The notes under the pieces are model-generated. The model was given only the letters and a program-made list of their open reading frames with translations, searched no databases and was not told the DNA's origin. Shown here in pieces: positions 11,424-24,078 of a DNA stretch of 64,000 bases. Location: contig OU015568.1 of assembly GCA_907165135.1 (NCBI GenBank), positions 8,122,001 through 8,186,000 on the forward strand, given 5' to 3'. Source of the stretch: Oikopleura dioica. Taxonomy: Eukaryota; Animalia; Chordata. The position numbers and the translations under genes are program-made. The first letter of the stretch is position 1. Every line of letters begins with the position of its first letter.

Positions 11424-14400
11424 TCAGTGAAAGAAAAGACCTTTCTTCCTCATAATTCGATGAGATTGCTTGAAGATCTGATTTGCATCAGAGACATTCT
11501 GCAGTGTGACATTGTCAGGAACAAGTGGAACAAGATGGTAAAGAAGGCCACAGACAGGCATATAAATTTCGTTCGAAAACCCAAAGCGAACGCGAAGCGA
11601 AAGCGAAAAATTTTTCCAGCCAAAAAGCGAAGCGAAAGCGAAGCGAACGCCTATCTTGCACAGCGAAGCGAAAGCGAATTCGCCAAGCGAAAAATTCGCC
11701 AAAAGCGAAAAATTCGCCAAAAGCGAAAATTCGCCAAGACTGAAAATTCGCCGAAAGCGAAAATTCGCCAAAAGCGAAAATTCGCCAAAAGCGAAAACTC
11801 GCCGAAAGCGAAAATTTACCAAAAGCGAAAATTCGCCGAAAGCGAAATTTCGCCGAAATTGAAAGATATTGAAAGAAATTTGAATAAAACGCGATCTAAT
11901 AAGATTTAACTTCGACCCATTTCTCTAATAATAATAATTATGTATAATAATTAATGTATAATAATTATGACACAGTTTTGGAACACCCAGAAACTGAGCT
12001 TTCATTTGAGCCGTTTTCCGCTACTCAAAAATTCGATTGAAGAGATCTAGTTCCGATTTCGGAACTTCCGGTCCCATGAATGCCTTGACCCCTTGATATG
12101 GGATACCCGTCCAAATGAAAGCTCAGCTTCTGGGCTTTCTTAAACCGAGAATTTTTGAAGGCCCAGGCTCTGGCAGTCATTTTGAGCTCTAGAAATGTAG
12201 GGCGGGGGTGGGGTATCTGCGGAGCTAGAGGCTCTTCAAGTCAGGGAACTCGACCAACATTGAGTACTTTTTTCCCAAAAAGTAGACGATTTGAATTCTT
12301 TTAATCGACGTTTATTCATTCATAAGTGTTTAAGATGTCGTTTAGGGTCAACTGAGGTCACTCTTGGTCAAAAATAATTGAAAATTCAGAAAACTCTGAT
12401 AACTGACCCGACCTGACCTCAGATGACCCCAAATGACAACTTCAACATTTTTAAATGAATTAAAATCGACAAAAAGACTTTTTGGAAAAAGTACTCAATT
12501 TTTGCCGATTTCTCCGACTTCAAGAGCCCCTAGCTCCCAAGATACCCCATCTCCTCCCTACTTTTCTAGAGCTCAAAATGACAGCCAGAACCTGGGCTAA
12601 CATCGAGTATAGGTGGCAGACCCTAAAAGTCTTAGTCTTTCAAAAATTCCCATTTACGAAGTTGTCCAGATCTTGGGACTTCGGAGCTGGGGTCGGCAAA
12701 AAATGGTGGAAATGGTGGGTCGGTGGATGAGTGGTGGTGGGCAACCCACCCAACCCACCCTCAAGTCTAAAAAATCTGAAATGGTGGGAAGTGGTGGGAA
12801 AGATTTTTCGGCCAAACTTTTTGGCGAAATCTTTCAAAAAGATCAGTTCTCTATCTGAAATGACTTTACCTCTACTTCGTTTTCCTTCTGTTGGTTAAAA
12901 ATGACCAAAGAATCGGTGTAATCAACTGCTAGTCTATAAATTTTGGGGTCAGAAAAACGCTTACGAAAAAATCCATAACCCACCAAACACCAACCACCCC
13001 CACCAGTGAAAATTTGATTTTCTTGTCAACCCACCCACCTCCACCAACGGTTGGTGACCAACCATCGCTTGGTAGCTTGCCGACCCCAGCTTCGGAGGTA
13101 CCTAAATGCCCTCAGATCACCCCCTCTATCAGTAGCCAAATGATCCCCAGCTTCTAGGTGTCCTAAAACTGTATTAAACCCTACTAAGCTAGAAAAAGAG
13201 CTCAATTATAAGTGATTTCCCCTATTTATACCGCTTTGAAAGACAAAAAAGTAAGATTCGGCCAAATATTGGCGAAAGCGAACTCTTGGCGAAAGCGAGA
13301 ATTTGGCGAAATTTTGGCGAAAGCAAACTCCTGGCGAAAGCGAGGCCTTGGCGAAAGCGAAATTTTGGCGAAGATTTGCTACAAGCGAGAATTTGGCGAA
13401 AGCGAGGCCTCGGCGAAAGCGAATTTTTGGCGAAAATCGGGGACAAAAAGCGAAAGCGAAGCGAAAATCAGGAGTGTCATTTTCGGGGGGCGAAAGCGAA
13501 ATTTTCGATTCGCTTTCGCTTCGCTTTCGCTTTCGGCGAAAATCGCCAAGCGAATTTATATGCCTGGCCACAGATGCCAGGTAAAATGCACAATAAACCG
13601 ATTCGAACGGTTTTTGGCATAAGAGACAAGTACTTTTTTGGAATCAAATATTTACAAAAAGATCCTTTCTTAGAAATGAACGGAGGACTTTTTTGATTTC
13701 TTCATTTTTATCGATAAATGATCCCATTCCGGAACAATCAGCATAAACAGTCGACCAAAGACGGTGCAACATCCAGAAGTTGTTGATCTGCATCGGACAG
13801 GAAATGTTTTTGCAATGTCAAAAACACGTAAAACGTGGAAACACCAGCAGCAATACCTTGAAGAATTGAGTGAGCGGAAAATTGGGAGTAAAATATACCG
13901 ATGAAGCTTGATATTGATAAAACTCTTTCTGAAGGAATTGCCCAAGCAAGACCCATGACAAGACAGATGAGAGAGTAACTGCAGCTTAGAATGGTCCTAG
14001 ATTTTGCAATTTTCAGCAGCGAAACTAAAAAAAAAATTCAAAACTGAAAGCGCAAATTTTTACTTACAGAGACAAATGACTCCAGCAAGCGACATCATTC
14101 CGTTCACTGCTGAATTCCAGTGAAGACTGCCGGATAAATTTCCAGCTCCCCAAAGAAGCCCGTAATAAGTGAAGGCTGTTGTGACGCAGCAAAAAGCAAA
14201 AATGAACATTGTGAAGAAATAATAAACATTTGGGAAGACGTCAAATTTCTTTTGCGACTCATATTTTATCATGTCTTTCTCGTTTTTTCTATCGGCGAGG
14301 AACGCAGGTGTTTCGGGAATATAAGATAGCCTAAAATGATATCGGTCCTTTTAAGTACTCAAATCCTGACTTACATAAAAGAAGAGCAGCGACAGGAACA

Positions 14401-15790
14401 ACTTGATGAGCATTTGTTCCTTCCAATCTGGAAAGAAGTAGAATAGAACAGAAGCAACCAACACCCCACCATATTCCGAGCCTGACCATAGCAGGTAACC
14501 AACAGATCTATAATGAACCCCGGTTTCAGAGCTGTAGAGGCCCCCGATCATCGTAAAAGAACATGCCGCGCTGCAGATGAAAAATCGGCAAATGGCGTAC
14601 ACGTAGAAATTGATGAAGATCAGGTTGACCGCTAAGAATACATCTTTCATCGTACTGTCGTTATAATTGTCGCTGCTTACCAATGGCTGAGAAGAAAATG
14701 ACATTATTCCAAAAAAGTGCAGTTTTTCTGCCGATCGTATCGGCCAACCAGCCAGGGCTGGCAAATTAGGGTCCCGCCAACCGCACTAATTTGAGTTAGA
14801 ACCCTATTGTTAGAACCCTAACTCTCATTTTATAACTTTTTAGTGCGAGTAGGACGAGTTGGAAAAAGCCGCACTAAAATCGTCCTAAAAGAGGCGCGCG
14901 CTTATTTGTCCGCCAATCATGGCGGGTCATTCGTTTTTCTCATCCATTCAGCTCCATTCTTTTTTCAATCTTCCACCAATTTGTCCTCCGCGCCTGGTGG
15001 GAAGCGCGCGCCGATTGGATGATGAAAAAGAGCCTCCGAATTAGTACGGTTAGGGCGGCGATTCAGTCCTAATAGACGAAAAAATATCAAGGAAAAAAAA
15101 TAGGACGGGTAGGACGGGGATGCCGCACTAATTCGCACTAATTTTGAGTTAGAACCCTAACAATTTTTCGGTAGTGCGGCTGTTAGGACCCTAATTTGCC
15201 AGCCCTGCAACCACCCATTGACTTTATTCAATGTTCTTTAAATCAAATTAAGCCCTTTCTATATAAAAAAAAGATTCTAAATCCCTCAGAAAACCTAGAA
15301 AAGAATAATCAAAATAAAAGAACTCGGATAAAATTGAAAAAATCTCGGCGAGAATTCCAATCACGAAAAGCATCTGTACTTTGGAGGACTGATCGCAGAC
15401 CAGAAATAGTTCAGTCACAATTGATTCCCAAGGATGATCAGTTTCGTTCTTATTGGAAAAAAGACCAGTTCTTTTCAAATACTAAAAAAATCAGAAAAAT
15501 CAAAGAACAAAGATTCTTACTTGATGATTATGTGAAATTCCAGTGCTTGAATAATTGAAGAATCTCTCTTTTTCGGCGTCGTTACAGTCATGATCAGGTA
15601 CTACCTAGAATTCACTTGAATTTTCTCCTTTTTCAGTCAAAATTACCATTCCAAAAACAGGCAAAAGAGTGTTAAAAGCAAAAATGACTTGACCAAAGTT
15701 GCAGAAAATTAAATTCAACAATTCTCTACGTTTTTCATTCTTTTCCATTTTGGCAGAGTAAAATTTGCAAACTCGGTGTATCGTATCAGA
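11424..15790 (-). CDS. SLC22-type (MFS) organic ion transporter with two MITE insertions in coding exons; may be a disrupted allele
   Basis: Exons give VVPDHDC, ESIVTELFLVCD, GWLADTIGRK (MFS motif A), TFPVRCRSTTSGCCTVFGRL and a C-terminal LVPDNVTLQNVSDA. Removing each MITE plus one TSD copy restores the frame. Start codon not resolved. Confidence 0.8.
12161..12597. repeat. Long imperfect foldback, arms about 200 bp
   Basis: gcccaggctctggcagtcattttgagctctagaaa...ttgagtactttttcccaaaaag is mirrored by ctttttggaaaaagtactcaa...tttctagagctcaaaatgacagccagaacctgggc. Confidence 0.8.
12687..13089. mobile_element. Second hAT-like MITE (403 bp) with GGTGG/CCACC subterminal repeats
   Basis: 13-bp TIR CTGGGGTCGGCAA; perfect 8-bp TSD CTTCGGAG at 12679-12686 and 13090-13097. 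Confidence 0.88.
14753..15207. mobile_element. hAT-like MITE (455 bp) inserted in the MFS motif-A exon of the SLC22 gene
   Basis: Perfect 22-bp TIR CAGGGCTGGCAAATTAGGGTCC; 8-bp TSD CAACCAGC / CAACCACC (7 of 8 match). Confidence 0.9.
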
Positions 15791-16301
15791 AGACTAGTGG
15801 AGATCCTGCCTGGTGGAGGTCAGACTCATTATCGGCCGTATTTCTTATTACCATTTTTTTTAGACAATGTGCAAAATTAGACATCCCAAAATGACCTTTT
15901 ACGATTTTCGAGTTGATGTCTTTTCCTTACATTCATCAGTGTTCGGGGGTGCAAACGTGTGAAATTCGGTGCTAGAGCTAAAAATATTAATATTACCAAG
16001 ATAGCAAGGGTTTTGATGCTTCGTAATTGAGACTTGAATAAAGACAGCCTTGTTGATACCTGACGATAGATCATTTCTCCAGTTATTTTGGCGCATATTT
16101 TTATGGCCAATTTGTGAATTTAGACAGGTTGGTTTTTTTTATATTTTTTTTGGCCTAGTTTGGTAATTTAACCCTGATTGCCTTCGGTGACCGGAAACGC
16201 CTCTTCGGAATCGTAAAATATCTTTTAAAAATTAAATTTGCAAATGCAAAAACTTACTTGCTCCGCGAAGAATATGGTAGCTTACGATTTACGACATTAT
16301 C

Positions 16302-19300
16302 ATGCTTGTTTCGGGTCTAATCATGTCGACAAGTGTCGCGAACGGTATCTACAATGTTTCCTAAGCACGGGGCTTCTATAAAAGAAACCTTAGACGATTA
16401 TCATCCCTCACTCACGTTTTCGGTGATTGCGAAAAAAAGCAACTCAGAAAAGTGAGCATTTTTAAAAATGAAAGAGATAATTTTAGCCGCGCAAATTGCT
16501 GGAATATCAGGAAAAGATCAATATTAGAAGAATCAAGGAGAATACTTTCTTATGCTAACATACCCCACCCCCAAGTTTTCGCGCATTCCTCGGTACATTT
16601 TCCGTAATTTACTCTTCCTGATTTGTTCAAAAACCCCCAAATTTACGCCGCTTAACTTTTCCGCGCGTTCCCAAATTTCTTCTCCTAACTTTTCTGCATG
16701 CGCCCAAATTTACTCTCGCGGCGCTGATTCGCTTCGTCGATTAATTTTCTGAGTGCGCAAAAGTCTTGTTTAGCTCGCTCCGGGCAAAGAAAGGATCATC
16801 TTTTATAAAAAACCAGATGCCCTTATCTTATGTTATCTTGGATAAAATTATTGTTTATTATTACAGTGAAGATAGATGAAAAGTTTTCATTGAGAATTTT
16901 TCATTTCAGAAGTCGTTACGACTTCTGCGGAGCAAAATCCTGACCTCAATATTTTAAGTTACCCGAATATTATGATTTTTATGTGCCACGAAAAATTTTT
17001 AATTCTAGCGCATCAAGTACCTGAAAACCAACTGTATTCGACTGCTTTTCACATGCTTTTAGTATTTGCCTGTTACTTAAAATTATCTATTCTAATTAGA
17101 GTTAAAATTTTTGTCAATACAACTTTGAAAACATGAACTAATAAATAAGTATTACTTAATTTTTTCGCGCCCGTTAATGAATCATTAGCATTGACGCGCA
17201 TTTCAGCGGGTCGCGAGTAAATTTAGGCGCACGCGGAAAAGTTAGGAGAAGAAATTTGGAAACGCGGGGAAACGCGAGGAAGCGTAAATTTCGGGGTTTC
17301 GGAAAAGTTAGGAAACGTAAACTTGGGCGAAATACCACGAATTGCGCGGAAATTTAGGGGGTATGTTACAAAAATCAGTAGAACTCATATTGATCTTCGA
17401 ATAAGCAACCCCCTTTATTTCATTTTGGCAAGATGTTGATGTCTTTTCCGCTCAGGTTGCACACGAACTGGAAATTCAGCCAGCTGAATCGTTCAAAGAG
17501 AGAATGGAACGCATAAAAGAGCTGGGAATCCCACTTTACATCAGCGGAGGAGAATGCGACTCTTACTTGACTTACCCTACTTTTGAAGAAGTCGATGTTC
17601 CAGAGTACGATATCAAGCGTTCAGTTGCTTCTAACCTCAAGGTTTTGTCGAACACTCTCGACGACTGGGTCTCTTCTTTCGTTTGTCTCGAAGAAGACAC
17701 CTTTGAAGCCAAGAAAAATCTTCACGTCCTGTCCCGAATCATCGACAACCTCGAAGAACTTGCTCAAAAATTGACTGGCGACGATGCTCCCCAGCTTTTC
17801 TACTATTCCATTTCCGATGAAGCCATGGATGGCGAAGCTGCTGCAAACTACTGCTACGAAAAGGACATGTGGCTCGCCGATCCTGCCAATAATATCAAAA
17901 AAGATCTGATTCTCGATGCTTTGGATGGGCAAGAGGGTGAGTTTTGGGTTTATAATTACTACAGCTGTGGAACCATCGATGCGAATGGCGCTGAAACTGT
18001 TAAAGACTGCAGCACTCAGCCAGGGTTTATTGATACTGTAATCATTAGTTTAAAGTCTATACATGTCGATAATTCTTCCTTTTTTGGAAAAATGATAAGC
18101 CCATCTAAAGCTCCGTGTAATTTGCGAAGCTGGTGAATTGTCTGAAACCACCACCACCACAACAACACCAACAACCACTACGACATTGGTGCCACCTGAA
18201 GATTGTTATGCAATCATTACTATGGACGGTCAGGAAAAATACGATGATGCTGCCACGAAATGTCAAGACATTGGCGCCGCTGTTTTTTACGCTAGAACTG
18301 TCGATGAGTACAATCAATTCCTCGAATCGGGAGATAAACGAAAGGAGTGGTATGGTATGTAAAGCAGTTTTGACTTTGTGGATTATTTTTTGTTTTAGGA
18401 ATCAAAAGAACATCCAAGTACTCAACAACTTGGGTTAACAGTAATGGTGGAAGTGAGTTCTACACTAATTGGAACTGGGGAGAGCCAAACAACTCTGGAT
18501 ACAACGAGGGTTGTGGAGAAATCGGCATTACCGGTGGCCTGAACGATATCCCATGCGATACTTATCGAGCTTATAGCTGCGCGAAAGTCCTTCCTTTCGG
18601 CGAAAGTTTCACAAATCCAGATGATGAGATCTGCCAGTGTACTGGAACTGGGCTCATTTGCAAGCCAAAGTACACTTGCGGCGTTTTCGAAAAACAAGAA
18701 GAGAAAGAGTACTACGCTGATGCTAAGGCTAACTGTGAAGCGGCTGGAGGACATCTTGCATTCTTCAAAAATGAGAATGAATTCGATTTGTTCATGGACA
18801 TGGCGAAAGAAGCTGAACAGTGGATCGGTAAGTGATTTTCAATTAACTTGATTTGGAGCACTTTTTGAGGCTACGAGCGAACTGGCCCTGGAGAAGAAGA
18901 TTGGATAACAGCCGATGGTTCAGAGGATTTCTACACCAACTGGAAGAATAATGAGCCTGACAACGAGGACGACAACGAGTATTGCGCTGAAATCGACGTC
19001 GAAGACGACGGAAAGATGAGCGACGTACCCTGTAAATACACCAAGGATCAAAGAGGGAAAGGCGAAGGAGAATCCAAGAGACACTACACTTGCCGAAAAG
19101 AAGTTGGGCCTGGTGAATTCTTTTTCATTAATATCAAGGATGACAAGAAGGGACCCAAGGGCAAAAATAAAGAGCAAATTTGCGAGTGCACAGAAAATGG
19201 TGCCGAGTGCGAGGAGTTGTTGGAATGCCCCCAGTTCATCAGAATGGAAGGTGAAGTGACGTATGCAAATGCATCGGCCATCTGCGCAGAGCACAATGGA

Positions 19301-19648
19301 TACGTCAGCTTCTTCGAAGATGAGGACGAGTTTGAAGAGTTCATGGACGAAGACGTCAAGAGAAAAGAATGGCTCGGTAATAAACATCGTGAAACGCAAA
19401 GAAAACAAGTTGATAAATGTCTTTTAGGAATCGTTCGAACTGGGTATGACTCAGACGATTGGGAAACCGCGGATGGAGAGGACGATTTTTACATCAACTG
19501 GAACTCTGGTGAGCCGAACAATTCTGGCGGGAACGAGTGGTGCGGCGAAATCCTCATGATGAACGGAGGAGTCTTCAACGATGTCCCCTGCGATGCCAAA
19601 CGAGCATTTTCTTGCAGAATTACAAAAATGAAGAGAGGCAAATGCTAA
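16302..19648 (+). CDS. Secreted acidic protein with four C-type lectin domains and a Thr-rich linker
   Basis: Putative signal exon MLVSGLIMSTSVAN joins in phase to the exon at about 17434; CTLD motifs WNWGEPNN..LNDIPC, WKNNEPDN..MSDVPC, WNSGEPNN..FNDVPC; first CTLD is degenerate. The 5' exon is tentative. Confidence 0.8.
16558..17366. mobile_element. Foldback MITE with inverted arms of about 190 bp, in intron 1 of the lectin gene
   Basis: ACATACCCC...GGGGTATGT flanked by TA on both sides; arms share aaatttcttctcctaacttttc and aaatttactc segments. Confidence 0.75.
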
Positions 19649-19970
19649 AAAGCTCCAACACTTTTGTAAACTGTTTTATCATTGATAATCACGATTCTAG
19701 TAAAATTCTGTGATATCAGGTGCATAAACATAAATAAATACCGTTTATATGCGGCATATATCCGTATATATGAATCATTTAATCCAAAGGCAACTAAGAC
19801 ATTAGTAGCAGTCTGGGAAAGCAAGTTTCGCTGAGAAAACGATTCAACAATTTGTTCTGATAGAGAATAGTAAAATTAGATTCTAAGATTGAACACCGAG
19901 GCGATTACACAGCGGGGAAGTCGACTAACAGTTTCACAAAAAATAAGTTTTTCTGTTAGAAATTATCAAA

Positions 19971-21649
19971 ATGAGCGAGAAGGCGGGAAAAGTTCAAAAA
20001 GAAAAGTCATCGAATTGTTGCATCGAAAAGATAGTCATAATTATAATTATCCTCGTGAAGATCCTTTTCTTTTCCTCAATTGGAGTCATATTTTGTTTCT
20101 TGCGGTTTTCAGGACCAACAGACACCAAAGGTGAGTATCATATAATTCATTCACACTGTCCGTTCGAAATCTTCATTTTCAGTTGAAAATCTTCAATTTT
20201 CCGATTTTATCAGATAAGGGAGAAAAATTTTCCGGTAGCGCGGGTCAACTGTTCTCCGCGGGGTTTAATTTTTGTTCAAACAATTCAAAAAGTACTCATC
20301 GAATCACAACCACCTTCTTCTCACACATTGTTCGAACTTTTAAATTTTTTCATATTTTGAAAAAGAAAATGTTGAGAATTCTTCTTTTCATAGGACTTTC
20401 ACATGCACAGAGTCAAAAGAGATTGCCAGATGCGATTATCTTCGGAGTCAGAAAAGGTGGAACAAGAGCACTGCTAGAATTCGTCGAGATCAACTCAAAA
20501 GTAAGTTCATTCAATTTTTCTTTTCTTGGAAAGTTTTATCATTCATACTTCATCTTCCTTTTTGCAGGTTTCTGCTGCTGGGCCGGAAATTCACTTCTTT
20601 GATCGCGATGCTAACTACAACCAAGGATTTTCATGGTATCGGTATCTTTCCCGTATTTTTTTCCTTGACTTTCTGATTGTTTCTTGAAGAGAGCAGATGC
20701 CAGAAGCTACAGAAGATCAACTGGTTATCGAGAAGACACCTCGATACTTTGTCGTGAAGAAAGCAGTTGAAAGAATGCAGGTAAACTCGTACAGACTCGA
20801 TGGAGGCATAGAAGAGTTTAGGAATTGCAAAGAAAGAGACAAGAAGATTGCGATCGAGGATTTGCGAGTAAATGGACATGCAAGCCGCTAAAACTCGTTC
20901 TCATCGTGAGAGAGCCTGTTAGCAGGCTCATCTCTGGATACACACAGATTCAGGACAAAAGGCTCAAGCTCAACAAAGAACCAGGTAACAGGTCTTATTT
21001 TTTTCCTCCTTCAAACTTCCTTTTTGAAAGGCCCAGAATTGGAGCAAGAAGTCTTTAAAAATGGCGATCCAGCTCAAGGAAAGGGTCAAATCACGAGATG
21101 ATCTCAGTTCTCTCATACAAAATGTCTAAGCGAAAATAGAACAGAGACAACTCGTTATTTGACCTCTGAAAGGTCTCAACTTTCAAGATCAGAAAATCAA
21201 AACTTCTTGGTACATGAAATTTATCAAAAAATGGAAGGAAGTTTTCGGCAACGATCTTCTGGTGCTCGACGCAGACGTGCTCAAAAGACACCATGGGAAT
21301 CAGTTATCAAAGTTGAAAAGCACTTGAGTTTGCCGAGCCAGGTTACCAAGGAAAGTTTTGCCGTCGGTCCAAGGGTAATTACATTCGTTTGTTGGTGTGA
21401 TAAAATGCATATTTTTGAAGGGATTTTATTGCATAAAAGTTGATGCAAGTCCCGAACACCCGGATGGAATGCGATGCCTGAACAAATCTAAGGGCAGATA
21501 TCATGTAAAAATCAGCGAAGAAACTCAATCAAGGCTGAGAGGTAAAACATTTTGCTTTGACTTTTCGTGACTTTGAGATAGAATTATTCGTACCGTTGAA
21601 CAGGGACTTCTTTAAATTCATGGGTCACGACTATGGATGGAATCAGTAA
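19971..21649 (+). CDS. Heparan sulfate glucosamine 3-O-sulfotransferase family (type II membrane protein)
   Basis: N-terminal TM segment; LPDAIIFGVRKGGTRALLEF (5'-PSB), EIHFFD, IEKTPRYFV, LIVREPVSRLISGYTQ (3'-PB), CLNKSKGR. Confidence 0.92.
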
Positions 21650-21726
21650 GCAAGCTGCATGAAAGGAGATCGTATTTTTGTTTAATTTTCTGTACATTTA
21701 TTTTGCCTTATCAATAGAATAAACAA

Positions 21727-22909
21727 TTACAATTCAGTTCCTTCTTCTACTTCAGCGTTTTCGATCTTGAGCTAGAAAAGAGGGGTCAAGGTATTTTTGA
21801 GGAGTCTGATAGTACTTTTGCGATTTCCATAGCAGCAAGCATATCAGTATCATCATCTTCAATTTTTCGATAAGTTCCAGTCGTGGAGCAGTGGCTTTTC
21901 AAATACGCGAAATCTGCTTCGATCTAATTCTTTATTTTGCTTCAGATAAAAATTATTCTGTACCTTTGGTGCGAGTTTCTTGAGTTTGCAAGTCCATTCT
22001 GCCTGATTCTTGTTGCTCACTTCTCCTCCCATATCTTCAGGAAGATATTTCGCCGGAACATGCTAAAGTCCGCTTTTCTTTTTCATAATTTTCGATAAAT
22101 TGCTACCTGGAAAAGCTTCTCATCCGGTTCATTTCGTCCAATCAAGACAATTCTATCCTTCATCTTTTGGGACATGAACGTCTGGAAGAGATTGAAAATA
22201 GACATGAACCAACCAGGGAACTTTATCATGACAGCTCCCTTGCTTCGGAAAGGATAGCATCCATCAACAGCTCTGCTCCACATTTTGTTCACTCGCATCG
22301 GAGTGGCACGAATATGCGCGAAGCTCAACGATCCTTGGTCGCCAACAACGCGGACGCCGTGGACTTGAACCGATTCGCTAATAAAATTTTGAGAAGAGCA
22401 AGTGTTAAATGCGGTTACTCAAGAAGCATATACTCCCAAAGGAAAACAGCAGCGCGGTAAACTTCATGAACGCTGTGTCTTGCTGAGTCCCATTTTGATA
22501 AGCGAAAAACAATGGTTGTCAGTCCGTTTTCATCCTTTTCTGGCATCAGTTCTGACACCCCATTTTCTAGGAGACTTTGTATTGATTTGTATGTAAAATC
22601 TCTGAATCAGACTGTCTCTGTGAGTTTCAAGTTCTTTTCCTACCCATACAGCTCTGGCCATTCCTTCTGAAGCTCGAAGTACTTTTCAAGTCTATCAACC
22701 GCCTTATCAAGGTCAAACTTCGAGACTCTCAAAAATCTCAGAAGGAAGCCATCGTCGAGCCTTGGCCAGCAAACACTAGGGATTTTCCGCGATGTTTTGC
22801 ACTTTGTTCGCAGAGATTTTATTGCTTGATCTCTGGTTTTTGGGTCTTCGTTTAGCTCTCTTTGAGCCTTTTCAAGGTCTTTTGCGCTTAGTTTTGACTT
22901 GAAGCCCAT
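21727..22909 (-). CDS. CRAL-TRIO lipid-binding protein (alpha-tocopherol transfer protein / clavesin-like)
   Basis: LEKAQRELNEDP...LDDGFLLRFLRVSKFDLDKAVDRLEKYFELQKEWPELY; later YPFRSKG..FPGWFMSIFNLFQTFMSQKMKDRI. Confidence 0.88.
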
Positions 22910-24078
22910 ATTTTTATTTTTGATTGAAAAGATTGAATCTGCTGATTTTTCTTTGCTAAAATGTGAATGCAAATATTTGAAGAGTCATGACATGGACATG
23001 AGTTCATTTGGTTTTGCGCAACAAAACAAGCTGAAAAGAGTGCGAAATCGTTGTTTTAAAGTTACAGCAATGCTTAAATATTTTTCGGGAATGATGAAGA
23101 AGTCCAGCTTCCTGTCTGTTTCAAAATGCATTAAAAAGAAACCCTTACAAAGCATGTAAATTAATGCTCAGCTGTAGTCGTAAATAGAAATGGATGTTTA
23201 TTTAATTCTGCTTCTAACTTGACAGTAAAGTTTGGTGAGTGTATTAAATAAAATAAATAAACCGGAGAAATGACAGGGAAAAGAATTGGCAACTGTTTTG
23301 TCTTTAACTTAAACTCTAAAACGTTTAATACTGTCGACTATCTAAACTCGGATCAAACTTTCGGACTATTTCTGATATTTTTTGAAAATCGAGTAACATT
23401 TCGAAAATTACCTGAATCGAGATAGTCGACTAACTAGGTCTCCTCACAATAATAAAGAAACGAATAAAAAGTGATTTTAACGATATTCTAAGAGTATTTT
23501 TTCACACCAGTTTTTTCTCACATTGAAAGTCTAGGATCGGTGAACTTCGAAGTCTAATGAAGCTTTGACGGAAAGTAGGCAAGACACCACACTAATACTA
23601 CTGAGTAGTTGAATTAACAATAAAACAAAGAAGGTAGATGTAGGTTTGGTATAGTAAAAATTCAATCATAAGAAACTTCAAGACCATGACATTATTTCTT
23701 TTTTTTTTCAGGAAAATGTTTTTACAGAAATTTTATTTAAATATTTTAAATCATCATAAACAGACGCACGAAAAAAAGGGAGATGCGAAAGAGAGATCAC
23801 CAATAATCAGCGTGAATAAGTTATTATTATTATTTTTGTTTTCTTGACCGTACGAGTTGAAAAATAGAAAAGACACCTGGCGCTTTACCCAATTTAATCA
23901 GATTTGAAAGCGGTAAAGCCTTTACCAGCGTTCAAATCCGAATAAATCGGACATTTTTGAACCTTTTATCACACCACATTGGTAGTCTTTTGTTTCAAAA
24001 AGGGGAACTTAAGAAGGCAGTAAAGGCAAGAAAAAATAAATGAAATTTTGAAACGCAGTTTGTATCGTTTTTTTTGTG

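Larger units (their letters stand above)
11973..13171. mobile_element. Tc1/mariner-like MITE nested in the hAT element
   Basis: Imperfect TIR of about 23 bp, CAGTTTTGGAACACCCAGAAACTG / CAGCTTCTAGGTGTCCTAAAACTG; TA on the right flank, CA on the left. Confidence 0.6.
11555..13566. mobile_element. Non-autonomous hAT-like element (about 2 kb, composite) with GCGAAA-rich subterminal repeats
   Basis: TIR CAGGCATATAAATT at both ends; perfect 8-bp TSD GCCACAGA at 11547-11554 and 13567-13574; no transposase ORF. Confidence 0.9.

Noticed and set aside
11640-11860. Tandem repeats of about 17 bp resembling a CRISPR array
   Set aside because: No unique spacers, eukaryotic context and no cas genes; they are transposon subterminal repeats.
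11427-11909. ORFs of 66-160 aa rich in K/R/S/E or F/A/S (also 13206-13696)
   Set aside because: They are translations of the GCGAAA subterminal repeats of the hAT element, not genes.
23900-23940. Hairpin gatttgaaagcggtaaagcctttaccagcgttcaaatc
   Set aside because: Isolated short inverted repeat with no TSD or other support.
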